From positions 57,637,297 through 57,671,551 of the forward strand of contig NC_068994.1 in NCBI RefSeq assembly GCF_001194135.2: DNA of 34,255 bases. The letters are read 5' to 3'. Positions 19,616 to 32,435 of the stretch are shown here, one piece after another. Below the pieces are notes generated by a model, which was not told where the DNA came from, made no database searches, and saw only the letters and a list, made by a program, of their open reading frames with translations. Position 1 is the first letter of the stretch. Every line of letters starts with the position of its first letter. Both the position numbers and the translations under genes were made by a program. Origin of the DNA: Octopus bimaculoides. Taxonomy: Eukaryota.

Positions 19616-20029
19616 AAATTAATATATTAAATCAATTGAATAAATAAATATAAATTGCAGATAATGAAATATCCAAAAATATGTTTACAAACCAGCAATG
19701 AACGGACGCCATTTTGTTGTTTTTATTATCGAATTTCTTAGCTTATGGCGACTGACTGATCGAGTTAACATTTCTCTATCCTCAAGACGATTGTTGTCAT
19801 CGAGTAATATAAAGTGTGTTCTTGTCATTGCCAGGGTGTAATGAAAATAGCTAAGCTTGAGTAAATGAGAATATCAAAGAGATTTGAGAAACCACAGAGG
19901 GATAAACTAAACAATTGTTACGTCAAGACATATCAATTGCAAAATTGTTTGGACTGCGTGGAACCTCAGTAAATTATGGGTTCACAACATGAAATACAAG
20001 TAAAATAAACATCTTAGTTCTGTCTCTTT

Positions 20030-20030
20030 G

Positions 20031-20076
<46 letters not shown>

Positions 20077-20163
20077 GCTACACACACACATAAATATGTA
20101 TGTATGTATGTATGTATGTATATATGTATANNNNNNNNNNNNNNNNNNNNNNNNNNNNNNNNN

Positions 20164-20209
<46 letters not shown>

Positions 20210-20215
20210 ATTATA
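20030..20215. repeat. Compound (CT)n/(TATG)n/(TA)n around a 33-N gap (20131-20163)
   Basis: Direct reading. Confidence 0.93.
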
Positions 20216-20830
20216 TGCATACCCTGACTACTCATATATTAAGATTGCACTATTTCTCGCTTACAGTAAGAATTCGGTTAATGGCATATACCAGTTAATG
20301 TCAAAAACAATATACAATTAAACACAAGCGACTCTATCTCTCTATCTTTCATTCTCTCTCACTTTCTTTCTCTTTCTCTCTCCCTCTTTCTCTCTTTCTT
20401 TCTCTTTCTCTCTCCCTCTCTCTCTCATCCACACACACAAACACACGAGATAGATAGATAGATAGATAGATAGTCAGACACTCACACACACACACACATA
20501 GTGTATGAGTGTCTGTGCGTATGTGTGTATGTGTGTGTGTGTGTGTGTGGGTGGGTGGGGAAATCTCCTATTGATTACGACACTGGCTCTCGGTTAAGTC
20601 CCAAACGCTTCTGTCCACAACGAGACACTAAACCTGCTCAGCATTTACAAACAAAACCAGAATTCTTACAAACCACATCACTAATCTGGTAACAAGATGG
20701 ATCTCTTATATTTTCCTTTCCCCTGTTCGTTCCTTAACTTTGACGACCGAAATTCTTATACAACGTTTCTCGCGTGCTTTTCTTCGGAATCTGCGTCTGA
20801 GCGTCATTCTTTCAGTCCACGTAGGGGGGG

Positions 20831-20943
20831 GGGGGGACAAACACAGGCACAAAGACACACGCACAAACATTTATATGCGACGGGCTTCTTTCAGTTTCCA
20901 TCTACCAACTCCACTCACAAGGCTTGGGTCAGCTCAAGGCTAT
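20831..20943 (-). mobile_element. SINE family B middle fragment, identical to 21360-21472
   Basis: 113 nt read as identical in both places. Confidence 0.9.
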
Positions 20944-20954
20944 TTGAAACAAAT

Positions 20955-21140
20955 AATTCGAATTTATTCTTGTATCTTAAGAATGGTCTTCCTACATTTC
21001 GTACATCATCTTAAAGTTGTCTATGTAAGTAAATCTTCGGTAGGCGTTCTTTACATGACCTATCCATCTAAGTTGACGGCCGATAAGCTTTAATTCCATT
21101 TCTGAGATGTCACTTTTCTTGCTAAGAACAACCCAGCAGA
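20955..21140 (-). mobile_element. RTE-clade LINE C-terminal fragment
   Basis: DISEMELKLIGRQLRWIGHV, then after a shift ERLPKIYLHRQL*DDVRNVGRPFLRYKNKF (QLRWxGHV...RLPK...GRP.LRYK motifs). Confidence 0.82.
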
Positions 21141-21171
21141 TTATGTCGATCTACATGTCTTTGTTTTTGTC

Positions 21172-21570
21172 TTTTTTATTGTTTATTTGTCTCAATCATT
21201 AGGCAACGGCCATGCTGGAGCACCGCCTTGAAGACTTTTTAGTCGAATGAATCTACCCCAATAATTTTTTTAAAGCCTGGCACTTATTCTATCACCCCCT
21301 TGTCAAACCGCTATGTTACAGGAGTGTAAACACACCAACACCGGTTGTTAAGCGGTAGTGGGGGGACAAACACAGGCACAAAGACACACGCACAAACATT
21401 TATATGCGACGGGCTTCTTTCAGTTTCCATCTACCAACTCCACTCACAAGGCTTGGGTCAGCTCAAGGCTATAATAGAAGATGTTTGCCCAAGGTGACAT
21501 GCAGTGGGACTGAACCCGGAACCATGTGGTTGGTAAGTAAGCTTCTTACTACACAGCCACTCCTGCGCCT
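21172..21570 (-). mobile_element. Full-length SINE family B copy
   Basis: The reverse complement runs from the head (aggcgcaggagtggctgtgtagtaagaagc...ggttccgggttcagtccc) to the 3' module (ggtgctccagcatggccg) and the A-rich tail. Confidence 0.9.
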
Positions 21571-21676
21571 ATATGTACAGTTATTATACACAAAATAAAA
21601 CAGGTTATTATATAGAAAAATATTTGCATGCATATCGATATGTAGACAGATATGTTTGTATGTATGAATGTTTGCA

Positions 21677-21974
21677 CGAGGGTGAGTCAAAAGTAATGCC
21701 ATTTTGTTTAGGACAGGTGTAATTACCAACACAGGAACATGTATCATACATCAAAATGAAGCTGGTCCTCTGTGGATCACATCCCTACTTCTCAAAAGAG
21801 TCACCGTTTCTCTCAATAGCAATGTTCCACCTTCGATTGAGAGCATGTATCCCTGCCCTGTAAAATTCTGTTGACTGTTCTTTGAGCCACTTCTTCACTA
21901 CAGTTTTCACTTCTTCGTCACTGGAATGATGTTTGCCTCTCAACCCTCTTTCATGGGGCCAAAGAGATGATAGT
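21677..21974 (-). mobile_element. Mariner (Tc1/mariner) 3' end: TIR plus transposase C-terminus
   Basis: TIR cgagggtgagtcaaaagtaatgcc at 21677, with the flanking TA apparently mutated to CA. The minus strand gives YHLFGPMKE/LRGKHHSSDEEVKTVVKKWLKEQSTEFYRAGIHALNRRWNIAIERNGDSFEK* (stop 21785-21787). Confidence 0.9.
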
Positions 21975-22019
21975 TCAGCACGACACAGAATGTGACAAAG
22001 CTGCTCCTTTTGAAATACA

Positions 22020-22165
22020 GATACTACTCATTTTTGCCAGCTGAGTGGACTGGAGAAAAGTAGAATAAAATATCTTGCCGAAGGGCACAACGCGTGGCTG
22101 GCAATTGAACTCACCACCTTACGACCGTAAACCACCAAATACCTTAACCACAGCTCCACGCCCCT
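22020..22165 (-). mobile_element. SINE family C head and core
   Basis: catttttgccagctgagtggactggag...aattgaactcacc...ccttaaccac is the reverse complement of the 10604-type head. Confidence 0.75.
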
Positions 22166-22323
22166 TTTCACACACACGCACAAACACACTGACGCTGTGG
22201 AGCTCTGAAATCAGATTCTTTTGTTCTTGGTTTATTTTGCAAGATAGGAACCATCTCCAACGGTTGCACTTGGAAGCTAATTACCGAAATTGAGGAGTAA
22301 TGGACGAATAAGAGACAAAAGAA

Positions 22324-23064
22324 NNNNNNNNNNNNNNNNNNNNNNNNNNNNNNNNNNNNNNNNNNNNNNNNNNNNNNNNNNNNNNNNNNNNNNNNNNNNN
22401 NNNNNNNNNNNNNNNNNNNNNNNNNNNNNNNNNNNNNNNNNNNNNNNNNNNNNNNNNNNNNNNNNNNNNNNNNNNNNNNNNNNNNNNNNNNNNNNNNNNN
22501 NNNNNNNNNNNNNNNNNNNNNNNNNNNNNNNNNNNNNNNNNNNNNNNNNNNNNNNNNNNNNNNNNNNNNNNNNNNNNNNNNNNNNNNNNNNNNNNNNNNN
22601 NNNNNNNNNNNNNNNNNNNNNNNNNNNNNNNNNNNNNNNNNNNNNNNNNNNNNNNNNNNNNNNNNNNNNNNNNNNNNNNNNNNNNNNNNNNNNNNNNNNN
22701 NNNNNNNNNNNNNNNNNNNNNNNNNNNNNNNNNNNNNNNNNNNNNNNNNNNNNNNNNNNNNNNNNNNNNNNNNNNNNNNNNNNNNNNNNNNNNNNNNNNN
22801 NNNNNNNNNNNNNNNNNNNNNNNNNNNNNNNNNNNNNNNNNNNNNNNNNNNNNNNNNNNNNNNNNNNNNNNNNNNNNNNNNNNNNNNNNNNNNNNNNNNN
22901 NNNNNNNNNNNNNNNNNNNNNNNNNNNNNNNNNNNNNNNNNNNNNNNNNNNNNNNNNNNNNNNNNNNNNNNNNNNNNNNNNNNNNNNNNNNNNNNNNNNN
23001 NNNNNNNNNNNNNNNNNNNNNNNNNNNNNNNNNNNNNNNNNNNNNNNNNNNNNNNNNNNNNNNN

Positions 23065-23065
<1 letters not shown>
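22324..23065. other. Assembly gap (N)
   Basis: N run followed by (TA)n/(TG)n. Confidence 1.
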
Positions 23066-23115
<50 letters not shown>

Positions 23116-23287
23116 TATGTGTGTGTGTGTGTGTGTGTTTTATAAGTACATAAATACTTACTCTTCCCATTACAAAACTAATATCAACATTTCCCTCGCA
23201 TAACACAATTATTATAATTCAGTCCAAGCGTTTCAGAGAGACGGGCGGGGCTGTTTATTGTTTTGCTTATCTTATCATTTCTTATTA

Positions 23288-23290
23288 CTA

Positions 23291-23327
<37 letters not shown>

Positions 23328-23345
23328 TAATAATTACTACAACAG
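23288..23345 (+). repeat. (TAA)n microsatellite
   Basis: Direct reading. Confidence 0.93.
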
Positions 23346-23767
23346 CCAGAACAACAATAGCTATGATAATATAAATATTTATGCACACTTGTCATAAACA
23401 GGCAAAAAGCTAATTTGAAATTATTGACTTTATGTAGTGCAATGATCATTGTTATTGTTAAGAGGAACACAAATATATTATATTCTTGGAGGTCTACGGT
23501 TTCTCTAACAGAAGAATCTGGTTTCTTGCTGTTCACTGCTTCATACTTTGGAACGACGAAAGCGCCTAAGAAATTAAAAAGTTAATATAACAAGCGCCGT
23601 GGTTTGCTATTACGGCATCCTGAGAGATTGCGTTCTGTTATTTATATAAGGAATATTATATAGTCGTGTTGTCTTTATTTTAATGTGTAAAGATAAGACG
23701 AATCATCTTGTGTTGGATGAGATTTATTTGGGAATTCGAATGATAAAAGAAGCTCAATCCGAGTGTG

Positions 23768-23810
<43 letters not shown>

Positions 23811-24487
23811 CCCTTTTGGAAACGGTTGATCTCGAAGCAGCTAAAGCTATAAATATAGCGTTTAAAAACATTTTATATTGCAAAATTCAAAAGTTGCTTC
23901 GAATTTTTCTATTCAAAAGGGATTTTTTGACCCAATATTTATACGCTATTATTTATAGCCTTATCTGCTTCGAGATCCACTGTTTCCCCCGCCCCAAAAA
24001 ATTATATCACGTTCTCTCAAAGTTTAATAAATTCCTACACAAACAAACGTACACACACACACACACATTAGCCGTTAATGATAAGACATACGTTCTTTTA
24101 GGAAAGTTGAAATGGGTTATGGGACGAAAAAAAGGTTGAGAAACATTAGTCTTTGACTAATGTGATTGATGCGATTGATGTTTTAACCTAACTGGTGGGA
24201 TTGATAGTTCAGCTGTAGGTTAATGTCTACCTGGTGGGGGGGGGCGGAAACGCACTGCGTTATATCTCTAATATCTAAGATGTTTTAAGTCTTGTGTAAT
24301 TTAATAGGATATGTAAGGAAAGAGAGAATGTTCCAGAAAGCAAATTGGTTTACGAGGGTTAACAACAAAGAGACTGAAGAAAAACCAAAAAAATTAGCTT
24401 CTGATAACATCGGAAATATATTTTATCTCTTTACACATATTTTATGCTTATGTACAATTATATACATACGTTTAGTTGATACCTACC

Positions 24488-24654
24488 NNNNNNNNNNNNN
24501 NNNNNNNNNNNNNNNNNNNNNNNNNNNNNNNNNNNNNNNNNNNNNNNNNNNNNNNNNNNNNNNNNNNNNNNNNNNNNNNNNNNNNNNNNNNNNNNNNNNN
24601 NNNNNNNNNNNNNNNNNNNNNNNNNNNNNNNNNNNNNNNNNNNNNNNNNNNNNN

Positions 24655-24685
<31 letters not shown>

Positions 24686-25000
24686 GTATGGATGGAGATA
24701 GATAGATAGATAGAGACAAAGAGAGAGGGAGAGAGAAAGAGAGAGAGAGTTGCGTGAGTAGACAGATAGACAGACAGTCAGTCGGACAGATAGACAGATA
24801 TACATACATATACATATATATACACATACATACATACATACATACATACACGCATGCATACATACATACATACATACCTACATACATACATAGTACGTAC
24901 ATACATGCATACATACATAGTACGTACGTACATACATGCTTACATACATACATATACATTCATATATATATACATATAGACATACATACGTATACATACA
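24488..25000. repeat. Gap (24488-24654) followed by compound (TA)/(GATA)/(GA)/(GACA)/(TACA) tracts
   Basis: Direct reading. Confidence 0.93.
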
Positions 25001-25094
25001 TACTCCCATTTATTGAGGAAGTCTGAACGGTTTGTGATTTGCTGACAGGACGATAAAATAGAAAGAAAAAAAACTAACTAACCCCAACCTGACA

Positions 25095-25740
25095 CAGAGT
25101 CTGTTTGTAGACAAGAAGAGAAGCTGGAAGTATTTGCCAAAAATATGGACGATGTGAGGAAGGAGAGCCTTGACCTGGTTACGACATACTCAGGGGATGT
25201 AGGGATGGAATTTGGCCAAGATAAATGTTCCTGGCTGATTTAAAATCAAGGAACAACGACAAACCAGTTTATCAACATTTGTATCAATGGCCTGACTATT
25301 TTTCCGATATTCGATGAGGAATGCTATCGGTGTCTAGAGCTAGACGAAAATGTATCCTACAATGTCATTATGACGATTATTCTGCATACAAGGGAACATG
25401 TTACTTCCAGATGAATGAAATATGCTCTTTGGTGGCCTCAGCAATCGAGAAGTGAACTCATATTCTCTCTACTGCACCAGTATCCATATCAATATTCGGG
25501 TAACTCGACTGAGCCGCTCGTATTAAAATCCCTGAACAACAAAGCACCTGATATTTCCACATCGATAATGGTTTTGACTGTCTTTTTCTAAAACGAAAGA
25601 GGTCGAGACTTAACAGACATCAATTCAAAGATCTCTTTCGTAGTTTACCAGAACGAGAAGAGCCATGTTTTCTGGAGACTCTTCTGTGATTTGTCTGGAT
25701 ATAAGAGTTAAGGAGAGCCTTGTCAGATGGAAAACTGACC
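25095..25740 (+). mobile_element. Heavily decayed R4/Dong-like reverse transcriptase region
   Basis: Successive frames give LFVD..LEVFAKN...SLDLVTTYSGDVGMEFGQDKCSWL, INGLTI, EECYRCLELDENVSYN, APVSISIFG and FHIDNGFDCLFLKRK. These match the LFxDD/DIGMEFGxDKC/YxYLGxxEN/FHxxSDxDRLYLxR order. Confidence 0.78.
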
Positions 25741-26194
25741 TATATGTAAGTAAAAACCCTTCTTGCTATATTTTTTTTTACCTCGTTGTCTTCTTTTTAT
25801 GTACTTTTCTTTTTTTATCATGAGTTATCTTCTTACGATCAGCTAGTTTGTAATGACTTCCTCATTGCAAACTTACACACGTTGCAGTGAGGACTAAAAT
25901 AACGTATGTCGGTGTAATATAGCTACACATGAAGGTTTTCTTGCACAAGGACTGTACTGTTTCTGTAGATGGAGATCCGAGGGTATCTGTCAAAAAAAAT
26001 TCCTTCCAACTTTTATAATGTCGTTTGCTTTCTGTAAGCAAATCTTGTTTCGTGAATGGATACACCCGCAACGCCTTGTGGTTAGCAGATGTAGTGGAAG
26101 AGACATGGCGTCACAATATGAGTTCCATCCACCAAATGTTACCCGCAAAGTGTTGGTTGCCCAAAACGTATGAAGGCAGACAAATGTTCGAGAT

Positions 26195-26265
26195 TTCAGG
26201 CGATGAGACCCAACTCGGAAACATGTGGCTGAGGGGCGAACTTCGCAACTACACAATCATACCTG
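26195..26265 (-). mobile_element. Degenerate SINE family B-type head
   Basis: gagacccaactcggaaacatgtggctgaggggcgaacttcgcaactacacaatcatacctgc resembles 21505-21570. Confidence 0.5.
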
Positions 26266-26269
26266 CATT

Positions 26270-26600
26270 GTATGTATGTATTATGCATGTATGTATGTAT
26301 GTATGTATGTACGTATGTATGCATAAATAGCTAGCTAGCGAGATAGATAGATAGATAGATACATACATACATACATACATACATACATACATACATACAC
26401 ACATAAATACATACATACATACATACACACATACATAAATGCATGCATACGTACATGCATACATACTTACATGCATGCATACAATCATACATACGTACAT
26501 ACATACATATATACATACATACATACATACATACATGGCAGATGGATGCGAGAAGAGAGGAATGCTTGTACGCATGTACGCATGCGTGCCATTAGCTGTA
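26270..26600. repeat. Compound (TATG)n/(GATA)n/(TACA)n
   Basis: Direct reading. Confidence 0.93.
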
Positions 26601-26639
26601 TGCATATGAATGGATGTGACTTGCTGCTATTGGAACTGA

Positions 26640-27350
26640 CTTCCATGCAAAAACAAAAGAAAGTTTTTTTCGAGCAACAAAGGCAATCTCCCGATAGAAA
26701 GCTTTTGGTCTGATGTTCTATTGTCGTAGAGATCTCCTGTTCTCTGGCTTTCAAGCTTTGGTCAAGGAATACCTTTCGAGGCCCTACTTCTCTGCTCTCA
26801 TTTGCGTCCAGTATAAAGACGTGTTTCATGTCGGCAGGACAATACTTGGTCATTGATAAAGCTCAATGGAAGGGATTATACGACACAACATTCAAAGATT
26901 GTTTGGTTCCATGTTAAACTTCTTCCCCCTTGATTTTCAGGAGACACGGTTGATGTTACTGTTAATAAGGAAATTTCCGGTGATGGCGAATAGTTTTCAG
27001 GTTTGAACATCAATGGCACGGATCTCGCCTCTTGTTCAACCACGTAGTTCAATGTTGCCATGAGTTCTGGTACACTAAACACATTGTCTGCCACTGGTTT
27101 ATTGTATATAAACAGCTCAAACGACCGTGTTTTTATCATCCAGAAAGAAAAATACCTCGGTTAATATTTTTGTCCATCGATGGGTATCTGTAGCCATTTA
27201 TCAGAGAAATAAACAAGCTATTGTAACGATGTTGTTCAACTGGCTTCGAATTTTTTTTCTCACTTTACAACCAGGTAGGAACTGTTGCCTTGGCTAAACT
27301 CCATCCCTATGTCCCTTGAGAGTATCCGAATGAGGTCAAGGCTTTTCATT
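26640..27350 (-). mobile_element. Decayed R4/Dong-like RT region, same family as 25095-25740
   Basis: MKSLDLIRILSRDIGMEFSQGNSSYLVVK, GYRYPSMDKNI, YNKPVADNVFSVPELMATL and ENQGGRSLT. The nucleotide motifs agccttgacct and gggatggaRtttRgccaag are shared with the + copy. Confidence 0.78.
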
Positions 27351-27394
27351 GTGTATGTATGTTGAATATAACTTATATTGGAGTATATGTACGT

Positions 27395-27725
<331 letters not shown>

Positions 27726-28579
27726 TGCTTAAGACACCTGTTGTTAATGTCCTGTTATTTGTATTTGTGTAACATTCTCCATTTTTTTTCCATCCTTGTT
27801 TTCGTATACATTTGCTGCTTTCTTCCAAGGAATCTAATACTCTTAGCTTAGTTTTTCCTTGGGCTGGCCAGATTGGAACGATCTCGAGTATAACCAGCCG
27901 AAATTGCAAAGATAATCTGGAACTTAACTGAGGAAAGAAAACTACGAATTTGTCATTTTTATGGAGAAACATCCATTTTCCTATTTAGGCAAATGATAAG
28001 AAGTACATTTGAATGGTTCGCCTTCAACGGCCGGAGAAAGTTCAAAAGGTCAACTTCTTCTCATTAATCTGTGAGTGCCGAGAGAAGAAAACAAAAGACT
28101 TTAAATAAACATTTTAAAATGCTGATTTTTCTGCGACCAAACATTCTTCAAGTTGAAAACGGAATTTCACGGGAGCACGCTGTTCCTTCGTTTCAACCAT
28201 CGAAAAAAGAAAAAAAAAACGGCGAACAGTGGAGAAGCACTGCAAACCAAAGACGCACCACGTGACAATATAAACCCCACTGAACCACACCGATCGACAA
28301 ACTGATGGCTCTGAGGATCACATCAAGTGGCTTCTAGCGACGGAAGCCTGAACTACAAGGGGCTTGTCCCACAGAGAACGTTTCCGGTTACTTTTGGGTA
28401 CCCCCCTTGTATATACATACATACATACATACATGCATACATACATACGTACGTACGTACGTACATGTCAGCCATGCGCCGTAAGTAAACACTTCGGTTA
28501 AGCTGTTAAGATTATGATACGTTAATTGTCAACAAAAGGCATTGATATAAAAGTATTTTCTTAACCTTACTGTGCGGGT

Positions 28580-28800
28580 ACGTGTGTAGATGTGTGTGTG
28601 TGTGTGTTTGTGTGGATGTGCATGTGAGTGGATGTGTGTGTTCGGATGTGCGTGTGTGTGTGTGTGTGTGTAGATGTGTGTGTATGACTGTATGTGTGTG
28701 TGGATGTGTGTGGATGTGCGTGTGTGTGTGGATGTGTGTGCGTGTGTGTGTAGATGTGTGTGTGTGTAGATATGTGTGTGTGTGTGTGTCTGTGCATAGC
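28580..28800 (+). repeat. (TG)n with recurrent GATG interruptions
   Basis: Direct reading. Confidence 0.9.
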
Positions 28801-28914
28801 AGGTGGCGATATGCGGGTGGGTGCGAGCGGGAAAATTGAAATATGCTTCAAGCTTGATTAAATTCAATGTCGTCGTATCAGGTGTTCACGAATATTTCCT
28901 AAAGTCTCCAAACA

Positions 28915-29000
28915 GCAAAACAGAGTAAGTACCAGGCATTAAAAAAGTAATAAGTACAGGGATCGATTCTTCAAAGTGGTACCCCGGCATTGGTCTGTGT
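28915..29000 (+). mobile_element. Degenerate SINE family B 3' module
   Basis: gagtaagtaccaggcattaaaaaagtaataagtacagggatcgattcttcaaagtggtaccccggcattgg. Confidence 0.55.
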
Positions 29001-29399
29001 CCTGTTGCTCCAGTAATAATAGGCATGACGCTGAAAGTGTTCCTTGGGTTGATGGATTTGCAAACCCCTTATCGCTGGTCCCCAAACGTCCTCTTTCTCT
29101 AACCACAATGGCGCCCAGCTACATACCAATCCTTAATGCAAACGCTACAAATAAAAGAGAGAAAGACCAAAACATACACATTCGTAGACATCATACGGAA
29201 CACATACCTTTTCTCTTCAACACAAACTTTACTCTCAGAAGAAACTGATTGCTAACTAAAGAAACACTCGTCATATTTGCGTTGCTACCACTGTCTTTTG
29301 GGTGCAAAAATTGCTCACAAGCTGGACAGAGCAATTCTAGAGCAATGGTCCTTAAGCACAGTCATTTAACACAGCCGGCCAAACCTATCGCCTTACCAC

Positions 29400-29655
29400 A
29401 CGAATGTATGTATATTTGTATGGATGTATGTATGTATGTATGTATGTTTGTATGTATGTATGTATGTATGTATGTATGTTTGTATGTATGTATGTATGTA
29501 TGTACGTATGTATGTTTGTATGTATGTATGTATGTATGTATGTATGTATATACGTATGTATGTTTGTATGTATGTATGTATGTTTGTATGTATGTATGTA
29601 TGTATGTATGTTTGTATGTATGTATGTATGTACGTATGTATGTTTGTATGTATGT
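29400..29655 (+). repeat. (TATG)n with TTTG/TACG variant units
   Basis: Direct reading. Confidence 0.95.
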
Positions 29656-29769
29656 AGAAGAGGATACTCACAAGAAACCGGAATTTTGCAATATTATATT
29701 TTATTCATTTAGTTTTACATGTTTACACTTTTATTGCCGACTTCAAAACATTCTCCATTTGAAGCAGAG

Positions 29770-29967
29770 CATCGGTCCAGACGAGTTTTCCACTGTTCGA
29801 AGCAATGTTGGAACTCTTGCGACGCAATGCTGGAACTCTTGCGACGCGATGCCTTTAAACGCCTCCGTCGTTGTCGATGTTCAAATTCCAATGAAGGAGC
29901 CTTGGATCTAGGTTAGAAACCGGCTCTTTCTCTATTGGCCAGAAATCTTGAAATAAAACTGAACAAT
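29770..29967 (+). mobile_element. Unclassified interspersed repeat 3' portion with internal 22-bp tandem duplication
   Basis: It shares tggaactc..ttgYgacgc.atg with the reverse complement of about 26105-26135, and ends aaataaaactgaacaat. Confidence 0.45.
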
Positions 29968-30029
29968 CACATACGTATATGCATAGAAAAACCTTTCAGC
30001 GCACATACACACACGTGCGTTCGCATATA

Positions 30030-30160
30030 CATATGTATGTGTGTGTATATATATATGTGTTTGTGTGTGTATATATATATATTTATATACATATATAGAC
30101 CCACGAACATATATGTATATAAATCTATATATATACGTATGTATATATATATTGTATGTT

Positions 30161-30221
<61 letters not shown>

Positions 30222-30339
30222 ACATACGTACATACACATACATATATTATATACATACATATACATATAGATAATTTATATATATATATGTGTGTGTGTG
30301 TGTATTATATATATATACATATATGTGTATATCTATATG

Positions 30340-30374
<35 letters not shown>

Positions 30375-30913
30375 NNNNNNNNNNNNNNNNNNNNNNNNNN
30401 NNNNNNNNNNNNNNNNNNNNNNNNNNNNNNNNNNNNNNNNNNNNNNNNNNNNNNNNNNNNNNNNNNNNNNNNNNNNNNNNNNNNNNNNNNNNNNNNNNNN
30501 NNNNNNNNNNNNNNNNNNNNNNNNNNNNNNNNNNNNNNNNNNNNNNNNNNNNNNNNNNNNNNNNNNNNNNNNNNNNNNNNNNNNNNNNNNNNNNNNNNNN
30601 NNNNNNNNNNNNNNNNNNNNNNNNNNNNNNNNNNNNNNNNNNNNNNNNNNNNNNNNNNNNNNNNNNNNNNNNNNNNNNNNNNNNNNNNNNNNNNNNNNNN
30701 NNNNNNNNNNNNNNNNNNNNNNNNNNNNNNNNNNNNNNNNNNNNNNNNNNNNNNNNNNNNNNNNNNNNNNNNNNNNNNNNNNNNNNNNNNNNNNNNNNNN
30801 NNNNNNNNNNNNNNNNNNNNNNNNNNNNNNNNNNNNNNNNNNNNNNNNNNNNNNNNNNNNNNNNNNNNNNNNNNNNNNNNNNNNNNNNNNNNNNNNNNNN
30901 NNNNNNNNNNNNN

Positions 30914-31001
<88 letters not shown>

Positions 31002-31140
31002 ATATACACTCTCGCTTGATCACACGCGCACACTGATAAATATATATTCTCGTGTACATGTTTATAAACATATACATATATGAATGTATATGTGTGTGTG
31101 TGTGCGCGCGCACAGACACACACACGCACACACGCATGCA

Positions 31141-31178
<38 letters not shown>

Positions 31179-31301
31179 GTCCGTCTGTCTCTCTCTCTCT
31201 CTGCACACACATATATACAGAGAGAGAGAGAAGGGATCAAGAGAAAGGGGGAGAAAATAATATCAAAGCAAAAATGTGGAAACGTTTATCGATAAAGCTA
31301 C

Positions 31302-31354
<53 letters not shown>

Positions 31355-31355
31355 T
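30030..31355. repeat. (TA)n, gap 30375-30913, (CT)n, (CA)n and (GAT)n (about 31302-31353)
   Basis: Direct reading. Confidence 0.93.
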
Positions 31356-31507
31356 CGGTGCTGATGTTCGTTAGAGTTTGTGGCGGCGGGAATGGTAATA
31401 GAAGCGGTGGCAGTGGCGGTGGCGGGGAGGGGAGGGGTAGGAAGAGAGAGGTAATTATTGATGGAGGATGAGGAGGGACAGGACGAGTAGGAGGGGAGAA
31501 GGGATGG

Positions 31508-32021
31508 NNNNNNNNNNNNNNNNNNNNNNNNNNNNNNNNNNNNNNNNNNNNNNNNNNNNNNNNNNNNNNNNNNNNNNNNNNNNNNNNNNNNNNNNNNNNN
31601 NNNNNNNNNNNNNNNNNNNNNNNNNNNNNNNNNNNNNNNNNNNNNNNNNNNNNNNNNNNNNNNNNNNNNNNNNNNNNNNNNNNNNNNNNNNNNNNNNNNN
31701 NNNNNNNNNNNNNNNNNNNNNNNNNNNNNNNNNNNNNNNNNNNNNNNNNNNNNNNNNNNNNNNNNNNNNNNNNNNNNNNNNNNNNNNNNNNNNNNNNNNN
31801 NNNNNNNNNNNNNNNNNNNNNNNNNNNNNNNNNNNNNNNNNNNNNNNNNNNNNNNNNNNNNNNNNNNNNNNNNNNNNNNNNNNNNNNNNNNNNNNNNNNN
31901 NNNNNNNNNNNNNNNNNNNNNNNNNNNNNNNNNNNNNNNNNNNNNNNNNNNNNNNNNNNNNNNNNNNNNNNNNNNNNNNNNNNNNNNNNNNNNNNNNNNN
32001 NNNNNNNNNNNNNNNNNNNNN
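31508..32021. other. Assembly gap (N)
   Basis: N run. Confidence 1.
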
Positions 32022-32139
32022 ATATATATATATATATATACATACCGTATCACCATGACAACCTTGGTTGGTTCGTTACATCTACTTATTTGTCAGCCAC
32101 TGGAATGTATTGCCCTGAGTTCAGCTATTAGCTCGTTGA

Positions 32140-32340
32140 TAAATGCTGGAATAGCAGAATATAGATACCTTGGTTTACGTATACATATAACGGAATAATG
32201 GAATAGAAGAATAGAAGAATAATAGAACAGTAGAATACATATCTCGGTACATCTAAAGAAGCCAGTTTGTCTAGTAGTGGAATCGTGAAATAGCGGAATG
32301 GTAGAATATAGCTTTGTATATCTAATCAACACTTCATACA
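32140..32340 (+). repeat. Degenerate GAATAGTA/CTTGGTA minisatellite, block 1
   Basis: About three units of gaata(t)a..cttggt..atcta, separated by gaatagaa/gaatagta runs. Confidence 0.65.
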
Positions 32341-32435
32341 AAAGCATGGAGAATTATGCAGCTTTATTCAAGGTTTTAGCCATTCGGGTGGATGAAGCGA
32401 ACTGAGGATTCAAGTATTAGACAGTCCTTCTAAAA

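Noticed and set aside
24085-24150. hAT-like terminus gggttatgggacgaaaaaaaggttgagaaacatt
   Set aside because: No matching left TIR or TSD was found, so it is too weak to call.
27850-27915. ggctgg...ccagcc-GAAA resembles hammerhead stem II plus core
   Set aside because: There is no CUGANGA upstream (tttccttg) and no convincing stem III or stem I.
29249-29911. 220-aa ORF with a hydrophobic N-terminus
   Set aside because: It starts at a non-ATG codon, the middle is (TATG)n and the end is a repeat fragment.
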